DNA of 64,000 nucleotides from Phoronis australis (Eukaryota; Animalia; Phoronida), in NCBI GenBank assembly GCA_002633005.1, contig NMRA01000295.1, forward strand, positions 376,240 through 440,239, read 5' to 3'. The position numbers and the translations under genes were made by a program. The notes beneath the pieces were generated by a model. The model saw nothing but the letters and a program-made list of their open reading frames with translations. It ran no database searches and had not been told where the DNA came from. Below, piece after piece: positions 49,365 through 61,800 of this stretch (the stretch's first letter is position 1; every line of letters begins with the position of its first letter).

Positions 49365-52300
49365 CCACTACATGATTTTTTTTAATACTAAATAACCACC
49401 AAGATATCTGCAGTTGGTAGTTTGTTTTGCATGTGGCGTATAGAAAATTACAAAAGCTCCTCCAGCCCCTTGCCGTTTCACTTTTTCATTCTTGAGACGA
49501 AAAAAGACGAAACTATACGATATTTGTCTAGCATGCCCCGTGTAATATCCTAGCGGTGATGGCATAGTTTATTCTGGATTCTAGAACCGGTTACTGTTAA
49601 ACAATTGGGCACCTACAATGAACTTGTAATGAATCGATGTTGTGTCACGCTTCTGGCTTACACTCACGTGATATGTGCATAATTTAGGCCCATGTGCCTA
49701 TATCCGAATACGTCTTCTTTCAAATTTCGCTTCCCCAAGTGTTTCACATATAGGCGCAGGTCTACAGGCGTAGGCGCCTATTCCTTGTACATGTCCGTTC
49801 TTAGTACTTTTCGTTAAGAAACTTCCAGCTATAAAAGTATCTCTGAATAAACTTCAACATCTATGATTTTGCAACGGATGAGGCATCTTCCCATCATTTA
49901 GGTGGACGTCAATGGCGCAACTCCACCCGCACGTGCGCTCCGTTTGCAAGGTTTCTCAGTATATCAGATTGCTTAAATACCTTACGCCGTTTCGTAGCAA
50001 AATTTTATTATGCGAAACACTGCCAACTAAATTATTTTTGGATAATTAATGGACCACTTTACGTTTTATGCGCAAATTGCATGAAAGAATTCTTTTACCG
50101 AAGTACCATAACTGAATTAAAGCGTATCGATCACTTTTGTTCACCAATGAACAGTAAACATATCTCTAAGTGGTTCTCCATTTTGTGAATTAGCAGCTTT
50201 AGACACATTTCTAAAGCACACAACAATCGTATAACCGTGTTTCCTAAGCTATTCTAGTAATTGATTATCTCGTAATTCGTATTTCTTTCAACATAATGGC
50301 AAAGTGAATCGTTTTTAATACTCTGAGTTTTTTAGCTGAATTTTGAAATATTAGATGTACTGTGTATCGCATTTCTTTTAGAATACATTAATAGCGTGCA
50401 AAAACTTAAAGTGCTTTTCTAATGACACGCTGTTAGAAAAATCCAACCTAGACCATATGTCACTACAGAATTGGTCTAAATATTGGTATGGTTTTGAGTC
50501 CGTTACAACGAAGATCACCAAGAGCATTTACTTGTAAAAATCATTTTAGACAACCATGACGTTGTTGACCGTTGTAACATTTGACCGAGTGACGTCAGCT
50601 GCAGCCATTATTTCACGTTTAAAAACTGCAGATCGCCTTGGTTACTTGAGCTGGATAAAAACATTAATAGAATTAGGCTCCATGCTCTCATGAAATCGGT
50701 GTTATAAAAGTCTTTACCGTAATATCAAAAAGGGACAATGGCCAAAAAGTGATGTAATTACTGTGATAGGATTCTATTTCCATTTCCAACAACAACATAA
50801 AAGCCATCAGCGACTCAAGAAAAACGCGTTAGAGTTTATCGGACCTTGCGAAGTCGAAAATGGCACGTCAATTCAAGCTCGGATGAGCGCGGTTTCGTTT
50901 TCAAAGCCCAAACTGGTTCGCTTAAGAATTCAACACTGACAGCTAAACAGCCGCAAAATGCCCCTTTAAGCAGTAAGCAAAAGACAACCACAGTTAAAAC
51001 TTATTTGACGAGTACCAAAAAAAAACATTCACAGATTCAACTGTTTGTACCATCAACAATTTTGGACGTGTGTTTTTGAAACTTTGCATGGTTGCAATTT
51101 GGAGCTTATTGCTGGATAAATTATCAAGCAGACAGACGATAGAAGAGATTCATACATCATTCGAAAGTTTAATACTCTTATCATCAAAATGTATCAACGA
51201 TATCAAATTACATTCGTCAGTGGGGGCCTAGTCGTTTATTTAATTAATTGTGATTTTAGAGCGACGGTCAAGGCACTTATCGATAAGTGTTTTGTGGAAA
51301 GGAATTAAGTATACAGGAGTGGACAGTTTGAGCTGACTTTACGAGAAACAACTGAAACGTCTTACGAATCGATGCAGTTGTAAAGCAAAAATGACCAGAA
51401 ATATAAAGTCAACCCTCTTCGCGCGCACAAATTCAGCATCACCAGTCTCCCCTTCGAACGCATGATGAACCTCCGAAAGCGCTCTCTTGCGGATCTGTAG
51501 ATGAACAGAGCGTATTTGCGATAAACAATCTAATGATGGCTACGTGATGACCGTTCCCTGAAAATCTAGGTGTTTTTGGTGTTCACACTCATTTTAGATA
51601 TTGGGGTTCTCTGCTCATCAGGTACATGTTGATCGGAAATCGAAAAGCCCAACAAGTTCGGATCAGATTTGCCGTGAACTGTTGTGCTAGAGGAATTACT
51701 TGCCGATAATCCCGACAGATGGCAGTATATTACAGATTAAAACTCCGAAATACAAAGAAAAATCAAATACTTTTACTAGTGTACATGCGTTAGTCAAAGT
51801 TTGTCTATTTTAGACTGTTAAAAATATTGAAATATGAAATGTTGCAAACGGTTGATTATAAGACACAAGCATGCAGTATATTATACACCATTGAATATTA
51901 TATTAGTACTTATTGTATCGATGTGCGACATTGATTTACTGTTCTTTTTCATACTGTATTGGAAATTATCAGAATCAGTTACACTTCTTCAGTGGTTTTG
52001 AATACTACTTTCTTGCTCGGGAACAGAAATTTTTAGGAGGCTGTGTTTCGCCAAAGTTGTCATAATCTTCCAAAATACGTCACACTACGAAACCAAAAAT
52101 TAGAGCAAGTGGTGCGTGCGCGTGTCATGAGCCCATTGTTTAAGGGCAGCTGGGAGATTGATTTTGAGTGACGTGTGGACATGTTTGATATTTATTTCTG
52201 TGATTTATGGAGTGGCCTGAGACTTGTTTGTGTGACTTAGGGTAAGTTGGAGACTTATTTTGCATCACTAGTGGACCGACTTGAGATTTAATTTTTGTGA

Positions 52301-52384
52301 GTGGGTTGGTACCTTATTCATAATTTGTGTTTCATTTCACTCTACATTTAATTAAACCACAGGCATTGTTTTTTTCTTTTGCAG

Positions 52385-52480
52385 CTCAGCCCATACTCCA
52401 TTGCGCTGAAGACTTTGATTAGTGTGTCGACTGTGATATTATTGGGTTTGATCATGGCATACCACGCCCTCGAAATACAA
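52385..52480 (+). CDS. KCNN: SK/KCNN exon 2 (S2)
   Basis: Acceptor tttttcttttgcag|, 96 bp encoding LSPYSIALKTLISVSTVILLGLIMAYHALEIQ, donor |gtgagt. Not in the ORF track. Confidence 0.96.
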
Positions 52481-53019
52481 GTGAGTAGCGGTGCATGAAA
52501 CGAAATCTGGGATGTGTACTCCCGGTAAGGGATATACGGTAACATGGTAGTCACTTTTCAACGAAAATCCCTATGGTTAGGTAAATAATATGCAGGAAAA
52601 CAACGGTGGGGATATATTTCGTTTTTCACGGCAAAACTGTAAAGGCAAATAAGCTATTTCTAGATTTGGTAACTGACTTATTAGGTCTACACTGTAAGTC
52701 TTCGAATTTAAATTATTGTCAGTAACTTCCCCCTTAATCGTCAAACCTTTTGCAAACCCCCTACACATTTCTGCTAAATCCACAAGCGTTACCAACGCTT
52801 TGAGAGATAAATTAATCTATGGCTGAGAGGCAAAGTTTTCTACCCCCATTCACGGGATCCAAACATTCTTCATGAAATAATAGTATTGTATTTATCTAAT
52901 TCATTTTCTCATTACATTGTCACGTATTAAGTTTTCAACGAATTTTGAACCACGTTGTTCTACCCACGCATAGACGCCTAAACTTGGTTTAAGATTTCAC
53001 TTTCTTTTATTATTTACAG

Positions 53020-53438
53020 TTGTTTGCCATCGATAACTGTGTTGAGGACTGGAGGATTGCTATGTCAGGCAAGCGAATTACACAAATGGTGGTCGAGTTG
53101 ATCGTGTGCGCGCTACATCCGTTTCCGGGTGACTTTACCTTCATATGGACAACTACAAATCGGGTCACGGGAAAGTCTCTCAATACAGACGTCTCATTGG
53201 ACGTGGTCCTTTCCCTACCCATGTTTATTCGTCTCTATCTCATTGGACGGGTGATGCTGTTACATAGTAAACTGTTTACCGATGCCTCGTCGAGGAGCAT
53301 TGGTGCTCTAAACCGAATAAACTTCAACACGCAGTTTGTTCTCAAAGTCCTAATGACAATATGTCCAGGAACTTTGCTATTATTCTTCATGTTATCGTTG
53401 TGGATTGTGGCGAGCTGGTTACTCCGTTTGTGCGAAGG
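53020..53438 (+). CDS. KCNN: SK/KCNN exon 3 (S3-S5)
   Basis: Acceptor tatttacag|, [15 protein letters not shown]...[55 protein letters not shown]...WLLRLCE, 419 bp, donor GG|gtaagt (phase 2). Confidence 0.97.
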
Positions 53439-54349
53439 GTAAGTGTGCTAAAACAGTATTTTCATGCAGCCTGAACATCAAACACAGAGGATGATTCGCC
53501 GAAGGCCTTTCGGTGATCCGTAGACCTCACGAAAAATGTCCGCTTATGGAAGGGAAACAATAATTTCAATACCACAGTTCTACACTCCAATGTCCCCGAT
53601 CAACCACTTTAATGGCCACGATTTTGTATGGATAGTCTAGTAAGCTCTGCGAAACACTGGATTGTCACTGGCGTGATCTTGCGGATTACTGCGAGATCTT
53701 CGCCTATACGGAACGCCCTGTGGGGAAGGGAACCGTTTTAGCGCCATTCTTAGGTGAATTACGGTTTTCTGGTTATCCCAGATAAGTTTTCATCTGCAAG
53801 AGGCTTTCGCAACCCCAATCATTTTTTTGCTTACATGCACTTTGTACTGCGTATGCGCATAGTAGTAACATTAGCTGTTTGCATTTCCCTGAGGCAAACG
53901 TGCAGGCTTCGTGGGCTATCGAAGAGTATAGGAGTTCCATTCACCGATTTCAGTTGGATTAAAGGATCGTGGCTCGTTCGTGTCGCCATCTTCGGCGTGT
54001 CTAAAGCGCTAAAAATTTATCGCGTGCGCGGCTAACATTTCTTACCGTCTCATTACGAATGTGCATAGAGTTCTTGAAGGTACCTGCTAAAAATGCTCGA
54101 TGTGTGTAATTCCCTTTTACGTTCCGTCGTGTTGTTACAGTTTTAAAACAATAACCGTCGGGAACTGCAGAAACTGCAGTGATCCAAAGCCACGAATGTT
54201 TCTGCTCATTCACCGCAGCGTCCAAGGTATCATGTACGTACTACGTGTTCTTGTGATCGCCAATTTCAGCCATTAAGTGCTTACCGGCCAGTCCAAACAA
54301 TTGTTAAATTTCAGAAAGCCAATATTTGTAATTATATTTGAAATTAGTA

Positions 54350-54937
54350 ACGGGATTTCCCGTAGATAGGCCCATACGATGAAAGGTCCATGAGCGTTAA
54401 TTCGGAAAACTACGCCCATGGGCGTTTATTTGGTGTAACAAGGTTAGGAGTCATTGTGAAGATAGTGGGGCGTTTATTCGGAAAACTACGCCCATGGGCG
54501 TTTATTTGGTGTAACAAGGTTAGGAGTCATTGTGAAGATAGTGGGGCGTTTATTCGGAAAACTACGCCCATGGGCGTTTATTTGCTGTAACAAGGTCTGG
54601 TGTCATGTGTGGAGATAGGGGGGCGTTTATTCGGAAAGAAAATTTCCCCTTAAATGCCCAATCAGCGTCAAGTTTTAGTCACAAAGATTTGTGTAGCATT
54701 TATCATTTATAAAAACTAACAAGGTGTTGTCGAACTATGCATTTATTAACACACACAGTTTTAAGTAAAAAATGTCAAAGCCAGAAAACCTCTTAATCTA
54801 GCCTTTTGTATGACTTTCCATTTACACGCTCCCTTTTTCCGAATAAACGCCCTGGCGTTCATCTCGTGCTACTAAAACGAGTGAAAATTTTCATTTTCCA
54901 AATACATGCCCATGGGCTTATTTACGGAAAATCCCGG
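54350..54937. mobile_element. Tc1/mariner-superfamily (pogo/Tigger-like) MITE with TA TSD
   Basis: Left TA|ACGGGATTTCCCGTAGATAGGCCCAT vs right ATGGGCTTATTTACGGAAAATCCCGG|TA, ~26-bp imperfect TIR; internal GGGCGTTTATTCGGAAA motifs in both orientations. Confidence 0.7.
54394..54637. repeat. 76-bp minisatellite, ~3.2 copies, inside the MITE
   Basis: TTCGGAAA recurs at 54401, 54477, 54553 and 54630; the first two units are nearly identical. Confidence 0.9.
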
Positions 54938-56989
54938 TATACAATTAATAGGATCGTCGAACCTACAAAAGCATACGGGTCCATGTTCGGAAGTGACGGG
55001 TGTATAATCAATTATAACGCAGGGAATATAATTGACACGAACACTTTTCTAGGATAATCAGAAAAATTTGAATTTCAGCAAAATGGCAGTAAATCAATTA
55101 CCTTCCTCTTAACGCACAGGTACAAACTATATGTCATGTAAACACGTTACTTTCTACAATTCCAGTCTAAATGGTGGTTATATCCACTTTGGATGCCTAC
55201 ACGGCGAAAGTCAAACCGGAATAAAAAACTTCGAGTATAATAGACCAAGGTAGCTGTAGTGAATCGCCCGTTGAAATAATCGATGGACGTCGTGGTGTAG
55301 CGACGAACGTTAACTTGTCGTAGTAAAGCCCCCCCCCCAAAAAAAAACTTGTGCAAAAACAATAGTTTTCATACCTGACGCTGCCTGCCGTTCCAATAAC
55401 AGATTCCAGTCAGTTTAACCCACCTGTAAGTGTATGCCATTCATGAGCGCACCCAGTCTAAAATATGGGGGGCTCGAATTTTTGAAAATGTGGACCTTTT
55501 ACTAAAAAACGGGGTACGTTCAGAGCTATGAAGAGAGCATTCGCCGAATTTTGGTAGTTCATGCCTTTTCAATAGACTTTTGTCTCGCTTTCTTCTTTTT
55601 CTCTGAGGCGGACATTTTTGTCCACTTCGCCAACTGGAGGGTTCATTNCCCCCCCCCCCTAGATGCGCACATGCCATTTTAACTACTGTAAAAGCACCAG
55701 CGTCACAAATTTGTAACTTGCGTCCTCTAAAAGAATTCCGTTTTGAGTGTAAGAAGCGATGAATCGTATGCAAAATTCGAAATTAATATTGCAGTAGGTG
55801 TACACGTAGAACGACACACGTGGTTCGACTTCAATACTTTGCACGAACGTGTTTTAGCAACCCTCTAAAAGGACTGTCTGTAGTGCAGACATGTACAGCA
55901 ATGTGTAAAACGTCGTCATCAAGAATAGACACTGCTCAATGCGAAATTGGCTTAACCTTGTTCATTAACTACAAAAAGAGGCCGAATTTTTGCCAACTTA
56001 ATTTTCTTTGGTTTAATCTCATCTTCACTGTAACACACTAGCGTACCTTGTATCCGAACATGTGGTCTCGTTCTAACAGGATGTGGAATACAGATAGCAA
56101 ATTGAGAAATATATTTTTGTCTTGTAGAAGGCACTTAACCATAACCGTAACGTCTGGAAACGAAAGTTTGTCGACGAACCTCTGCACGCGCCGTACGTCG
56201 TTTCCATTCGGCGGTCAGAGTTTTGATATTGTACAGAGCGTAATACATGTAGATTTGCCCTGTATCCCTGTGGTATATAGAATATTCATAACGTTTGTCC
56301 ATGAACGGTATCAAGAGTAATTGGCCAGTTCGAGTAGTTTTGCGTGTTATGCATTATTGACATGGATGGTAGCTGTAATTGGCACTCGAAAAATATGAGT
56401 CAATGCATTCACTGACATTGATTTCAGACTCATTCTGTGACGTCTCGGCTCATAGATTGTGTTAACTGTCTCCTCATGTCTAGCCGTCTCACTTTTGTTT
56501 TGGGGAAGGGTATAATTTATGTACATATTTGTTGTCTCTTAATATTTAGTTGCCGCCAGATGTGATAAATCTATGCGTGAATTATCGTTCGTTGTTTTCA
56601 TAATTTGCGAATCCAAGTAGAATTTCCTCGCAACTACGACGCAGTAATGTGACGTCCATCGACCTGTTTTCCAAAATACTACAAGTTAATTTATGCCTTT
56701 CAGGAGAATTGTCTCTTATTATTCAAGCCATGAATTTTATGTGAAATTGCTTTAAATGTTTTGGGCATGACTTTTTAGAATTTTGTTTATATTTCGCGAA
56801 TTAACGAGGATCGGGTGGCGCGCAGCCGCTAACCCTACACTCACAGGCAAAACACGCGCATGGATGCGTGTGTAAATCTACAGTACATGACGTGTGCATG
56901 ACGTTCATGTGATGGCGTTCCGACGTGAAATAATTGAGATGTTATTCGGATGACATACAATGATTAATTCATCCGTTTTCCTTTTGCAG

Positions 56990-57125
56990 TCCTCACGACA
57001 TCAAACACGCTAACTTCCTTAACTCTATGTGGATGATCGCCATAACCTTCTTGTCTATTGGTTATGGTGACATAGTACCCAACACCTACTGCGGTCGAGG
57101 CATTGCTTTCAGTGTCGGAGTAATG
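56990..57125 (+). CDS. KCNN: SK/KCNN exon 4 (pore loop, GYG filter, start of S6)
   Basis: Acceptor cttttgcag|, (G)[45 protein letters not shown], 136 bp, donor |gtcagt; phase fits exon 3. Confidence 0.97.
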
Positions 57126-57621
57126 GTCAGTGCACTATTTTCACCCATTTGCTTCAGTCCAAACGACTAGTTTGTATTATTTACGGTAAATCATCTTCAT
57201 TTACGCACTTTTTCCGTATTCTGGCACACATAAAATTCTCTCAACTAAGTTTCCAATACAAGTTGACTACGACAAATTTTAGTCCTTGAAATTCCTATAT
57301 CTGACTTTTAATGTGACAATAGCGTACATGTATTTATCCACTCTACTAATTTGCAGGCTTGGAACACATTCTGTTCAGTGCCGCTCAAAGAATTTTCAAA
57401 ACGTACAATTAACGGAATTCATCTACTTAACTCAATGAGAGAAGTAGTTTTGTAAAGTAAAAAACAGAAAACGAATGCAAATTTCCATCAATTAAACGAG
57501 ATGAAAATAATTAACTGATGCTATGATACAAACTTTTGTTTTTATTTGACATAATGGCTATTATTATGAACTGTTATACAGCATATAGTTTCAATCATCC
57601 ATGTTATATCTGTCTTTGCAG

Positions 57622-57732
57622 GGTGCTGGTTGCACTGCTCTAGTTGTAGCAGTTTTTACGCGAAAACTGGAATTGTCGCGAGCGGAAAAACATGTCCACA
57701 ATTTCATGATGGACACGCAGCTAACCAAAAAG
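57622..57732 (+). CDS. KCNN: SK/KCNN exon 5 (S6 end, start of calmodulin-binding domain)
   Basis: Acceptor tctttgcag|, [37 protein letters not shown], 111 bp, donor |gtttgt. Confidence 0.96.
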
Positions 57733-58106
57733 GTTTGTTTGTCCACTTGACGTTTTCCGTGAATTTTACAAGAAAAGATTACATCATAGCGCTCATGTGA
57801 AATTATGATAAATAAGTTAAACAAGATAACATAAAGTCGCCAATATTTTTATCAATTTCCTGGATTCCGTCTCCAAAGTTACACAATCATTCTGACATTG
57901 CATCTAAACCCCTCGCGTTGGTGAATCTGGAATTTCCGCTGTTTTACCAGCGGGAGTCGTGTCTAACGTTAGAAAACGGATGGATGCAAACGCTAAATTC
58001 TACGATCAATCTTTGAAAAACACATGCACGATCCCGCTTTGAAGTCTTAGAAGCTTTTGATTTAATTTCTTAGCAAATATTAAATTTTACCTCTTCATTC
58101 CTTCAG

Positions 58107-58234
58107 CTCAAGAATGCGGCTGCGAACGTCTTACGCGAAACCTGGCTTATTTATAAATATACGCGATTAGTCAAGCGGGTCAACGCCAGCAAAGTTCGGA
58201 CACATCAGAGGAAGTTTCTGCAAGCTATACACAG
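58107..58234 (+). CDS. KCNN: SK/KCNN exon 6 (calmodulin-binding domain)
   Basis: Acceptor ttccttcag|, [42 protein letters not shown](S), 128 bp, donor AG|gtgcgt. Confidence 0.96.
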
Positions 58235-58477
58235 GTGCGTATTTTGAAACCTCCAACGTCAGATTTATGTGTGCGTTTATTGTTTTTGGAAAATACTGTT
58301 TTTTTATTTTGGGTCTAAAAGTCAGTATATCACTTTCAAAAAGATCTACTTTACAACAAATGTTAGGACCGCTAAAATGTAATTCATTGGTGTGCTGGCA
58401 AACTCAAAATAATGCACGTGGCTCGAATCGATCTCGTACAAATATCTCAACAGACTTTGAAGTGGTGATTACTAGAA

Positions 58478-58572
58478 AGACCTGTCGTAATTAAGATAGG
58501 GTAGGTTAAGGCATGTCGTAATTAGGATAAGATTGGTTAAGACTTGTCGTAATTAGGATAAGATAGGATAAG
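58478..58572. repeat. 31-bp tandem repeat, 3 copies, in SK intron 6
   Basis: TGTCGTAATTA at 58483, 58514 and 58545. Confidence 0.85.
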
Positions 58573-58766
58573 CAATTGTTACCCATATTTGGTGAAACAA
58601 AAATATAAATAATGTTATTTTGACTATGGTAGGTAATGGCTGGGATTGATCATGAACGTGAAAGTCACTGAAAAGTAAAAATATACAAACAAATGTATGT
58701 ACAATGAGTTCTTTGTGTTAATTTTCGAGCGGTTAAGACTTGTTTGTTGTTTCGCCTTTCTTGCAG

Positions 58767-58836
58767 TCTCAGAGACATAAAAGTTTACCAGCGAAAACTG
58801 AATGACAATGCCAACACGTTAGTCGACATGGCGAAG
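58767..58836 (+). CDS. KCNN: SK/KCNN exon 7 (end of calmodulin-binding domain); gene 3'-incomplete
   Basis: Acceptor tttcttgcag|, (S)LRDIKVYQRKLNDNANTLVDMAK, 70 bp, donor |gtaagc. No recognisable coiled-coil terminal exon before 64000. Confidence 0.95.
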
Positions 58837-61800
58837 GTAAGCGCAAATCTTTTGAGAGATTGTGTACAGAAAGGTTCCATGAGCAAATTTATAAAAGTAC
58901 CAGTTGCACTGTCAAAATGTTGAGCGACATTTATATGGCACACATTAAAATCCGTGTCATTGTATATACAGTGTACAGTGACTACGCCTGGGGTTGGCTC
59001 ACAAACTGACACCGACTACGACTTGTCCGTTTAAATGTTTAAATGACTATGTAAATCTTAAACGGGCGTGGAAATATAGGTCGCAAGCTTTTTTAAAGTC
59101 TTGTCTGTACCCCACTAGATCGTGTGCATGGTCACCAGAATGTCCCGGGTTTGAGTCGCACTTGGGGCATACACATTTCAGGGCTTTTATTCATAAGGTC
59201 ACGTGACGTGGCCAACAGGTGGCGTTCGGATCACATTTAAAGTATTTGTGATGAATCTTTAAACAGAAATAATACTCTTTTAATATTTTCACCAGTAAAA
59301 AATGTGGAGCAAGTTTGAAAATTCCATACAAAATCTGCTAAATCAACAAACGTGACTAACACTTCAGGCGTGAAAAAAGACGGTTGTGGTGAAGAACCTC
59401 CTGCTTTAAAACACCCAGTTCGTGGTTATGTTCGAAATGATACTATTTATTCAGGTTAGGTGCCTGTGATACATCAGCAAGTGACAGAACCTGAGCACTC
59501 GCTCAAACATGGCGTAGCATCTTTTTAATAACAAACGTACCTTGGGGTGATATCTGAACGCAGGGGTCACTGTCAGACTGGAAAATAACAAATCATTAAG
59601 ACTTGCAAAATTACAAGACGTTACACTGTTGTTCGTCTTGTATTTTGAATATTAATATTGATTATGAATTTGTTCATGGGTGAGTAGTATTGAACTCCCA
59701 ATTTAAAGCTGTAAATGGCGTTTCATCACTCAAATGTTCACCTCACCGCGAACGTGTGTTCGCGAAATCACGAATTGCTCAATTGCAACTCTCGGCGTGC
59801 TTTGTGTGGTGTTGAGAATGTCCGTGCACCAATCAATACATTCGTTAAACGTGTTTTTGTCTCATGTGTTTTTGGACTGAAGATTACCAATGTCTCTTGT
59901 TGCATGAACACACGGTTCTCCCCTTTTCCACATGTCCAAGTACATAAACTGACCCAAAACCCTCCTTTCAACTATTCCAGTGTTGCTCAGTCCTGAGGCG
60001 TTCGTCTACATGTACAGTAGGTCCCTCTTTCGATGACCAGTGGAATCGTGGGTCTCCATTCATTTTTTCTGCTCGCTGTAAGAATTTGCGGGGAGGTCTT
60101 TAGATTGTTGCGAATAGATACGGAAAATCCGTTTAACGGTTTATGTTGTTCACTATTGTTGACTTCTGTTTTACGATTGACGAGACAACAATTTGATCTG
60201 CAGGGTGTTTCCGTTTGATTTTTTCGTTTGGTAAACAGCAAGTTTGGGGAACACTGGTTGCGTCAGAGGTTTTCGCCTTTTTAAATGTCTTCATGACACG
60301 GGCGATAACGGTAGGTTGTCATAGTTCTTCATGAGTAATATCCAATTTTGTGCTGGTCCTCAAAACTATTTAAAATGCAACGAGGGATTACTTGTGCACA
60401 GGTACGACAGGGGGACAAAGGTGTTTGATCGGCTGATCTATTCCCGATGAATTTCGGCGACGATCTTAGGTGATGGAGCTCTCACCATCCCTCACATCTC
60501 GGCCTGAGATATGCCCTGTGTTTCACTGAATACTGAACTATACATGAATATGTTGAAGGCACTCCTTTGGTCAACTTTGTCGATGGTCTATATTGATTAA
60601 CAAAACCTGCATGTTCTGGGTTTTATCATCGACTTATTAACGGAAAAGCACAAACTCAAACTGTGCAGCGTATTATCCCCATTTGAATGTTACTCAGGTA
60701 TCACGTCATTTTGGTCATGCGCAGTAAGTTCTTGACTAAGAGCAAAAATGTTACCATGCACATTAGGTGAACAGATAATTTTCATTTCTTCTGTTATATT
60801 CAAAACCCCTGAAGTTATGCTTAGGCAGCGTACTGTATAACCCATTGACACTTTCTCGACTTCTTGTTGTGTCCAGTAATAATACAGATGTAGTGTTGCT
60901 TGATTTTATGCATTCAAGATCCATGTGGCAAGATGTGCTTGATTACCCTGCCGCAAGATGTCGCTGGCTATCTTACAGCAAGTGCCTTGGGGTTTTAAAA
61001 ATGCAACNCGCCTGTACTGTGACGTGATATTCCTTACCTTGGTGTCTTAGCATACTATAGTCCGTTCAAACTGTTGCCACCACACGGCCTAACAAATCGT
61101 TGTTACCTTCCTAAAGTCAGGCAGTGGTGTGTGCATAAAAGAAAACCTTATGGTATTGAAGGGAAATGTATCTTCTGACTGGTGCCAAATTTTACAAAAT
61201 AGCCTCCCTCCCTTCTTAAGAGCATTGCTGCCTAGGACAGTTCTAGTTGATAACGATTCACAGCTATTGTGTGACAGCTTCACAGTGGCGATGTACAAAC
61301 ATCTCAACTTATGATATCTTCAGTTACATTCCGTCGTGCACAATCTAAACTTTACTCTCGTATTTCTAGCCTAAATTATTGAAATCGTCTTGTTCATTTT
61401 TGCAGCATGTCGGCCATGCCGGTTTCGCCGGAAACAGCGTTTATTGCTCAAAACCGACCGCCCAATTTAATCAGGTTTGAGTCGCTTCCCGCAAGTCTGA
61501 TTAAAGTAGGTTATCCGTTCTAACACTGCCGAAACAAAGGGCGAAGTCTTAGATTTTGGCTCGTCAGACATTTTATAAAAATTCGTTTTTGCATTGCCAT
61601 AAAGAACGCTTAAGGTCCGACTTTAATTTCATGTTACACCAAATAAGGAAACTCCTGGTTGCATTTTTAATACCCTGGGATCCTTAGTCACAAAGCTCAG
61701 ACGCTTTTCCTAGTCTTGCAGAAAATCTTGCGCAAACTGGTGTATGTATATAGCTATGCACCAACGTCTCTTCTGAAATCTGTTTGTAAAATGAACGGAA

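Larger units (their letters stand above)
9939..52384 (+). other. Intron 1 of SK gene (~42.4 kb, GT-AG)
   Basis: Phase-0 donor and acceptor join VYEK|LSPYS in frame. Contains Ns at 11743 and 44282, so the true length is uncertain. Confidence 0.85.

Noticed and set aside
54394-54637. Regularly spaced repeats resembling a CRISPR array
   Set aside because: Whole units repeat with no unique spacers, no cas genes, eukaryotic intron context.
59110-59180. tRNA/SINE-like B-box (GGTTTGAGTC)
   Set aside because: No cloverleaf or clear A-box; at most a decayed SINE. Similar weak case near 21225.
61395-61500. Acceptor TTTTTGCAG as candidate SK terminal exon
   Set aside because: Phase-0 translation (HVGHAGFAGNSVYCS...) has no similarity to the SK coiled coil.
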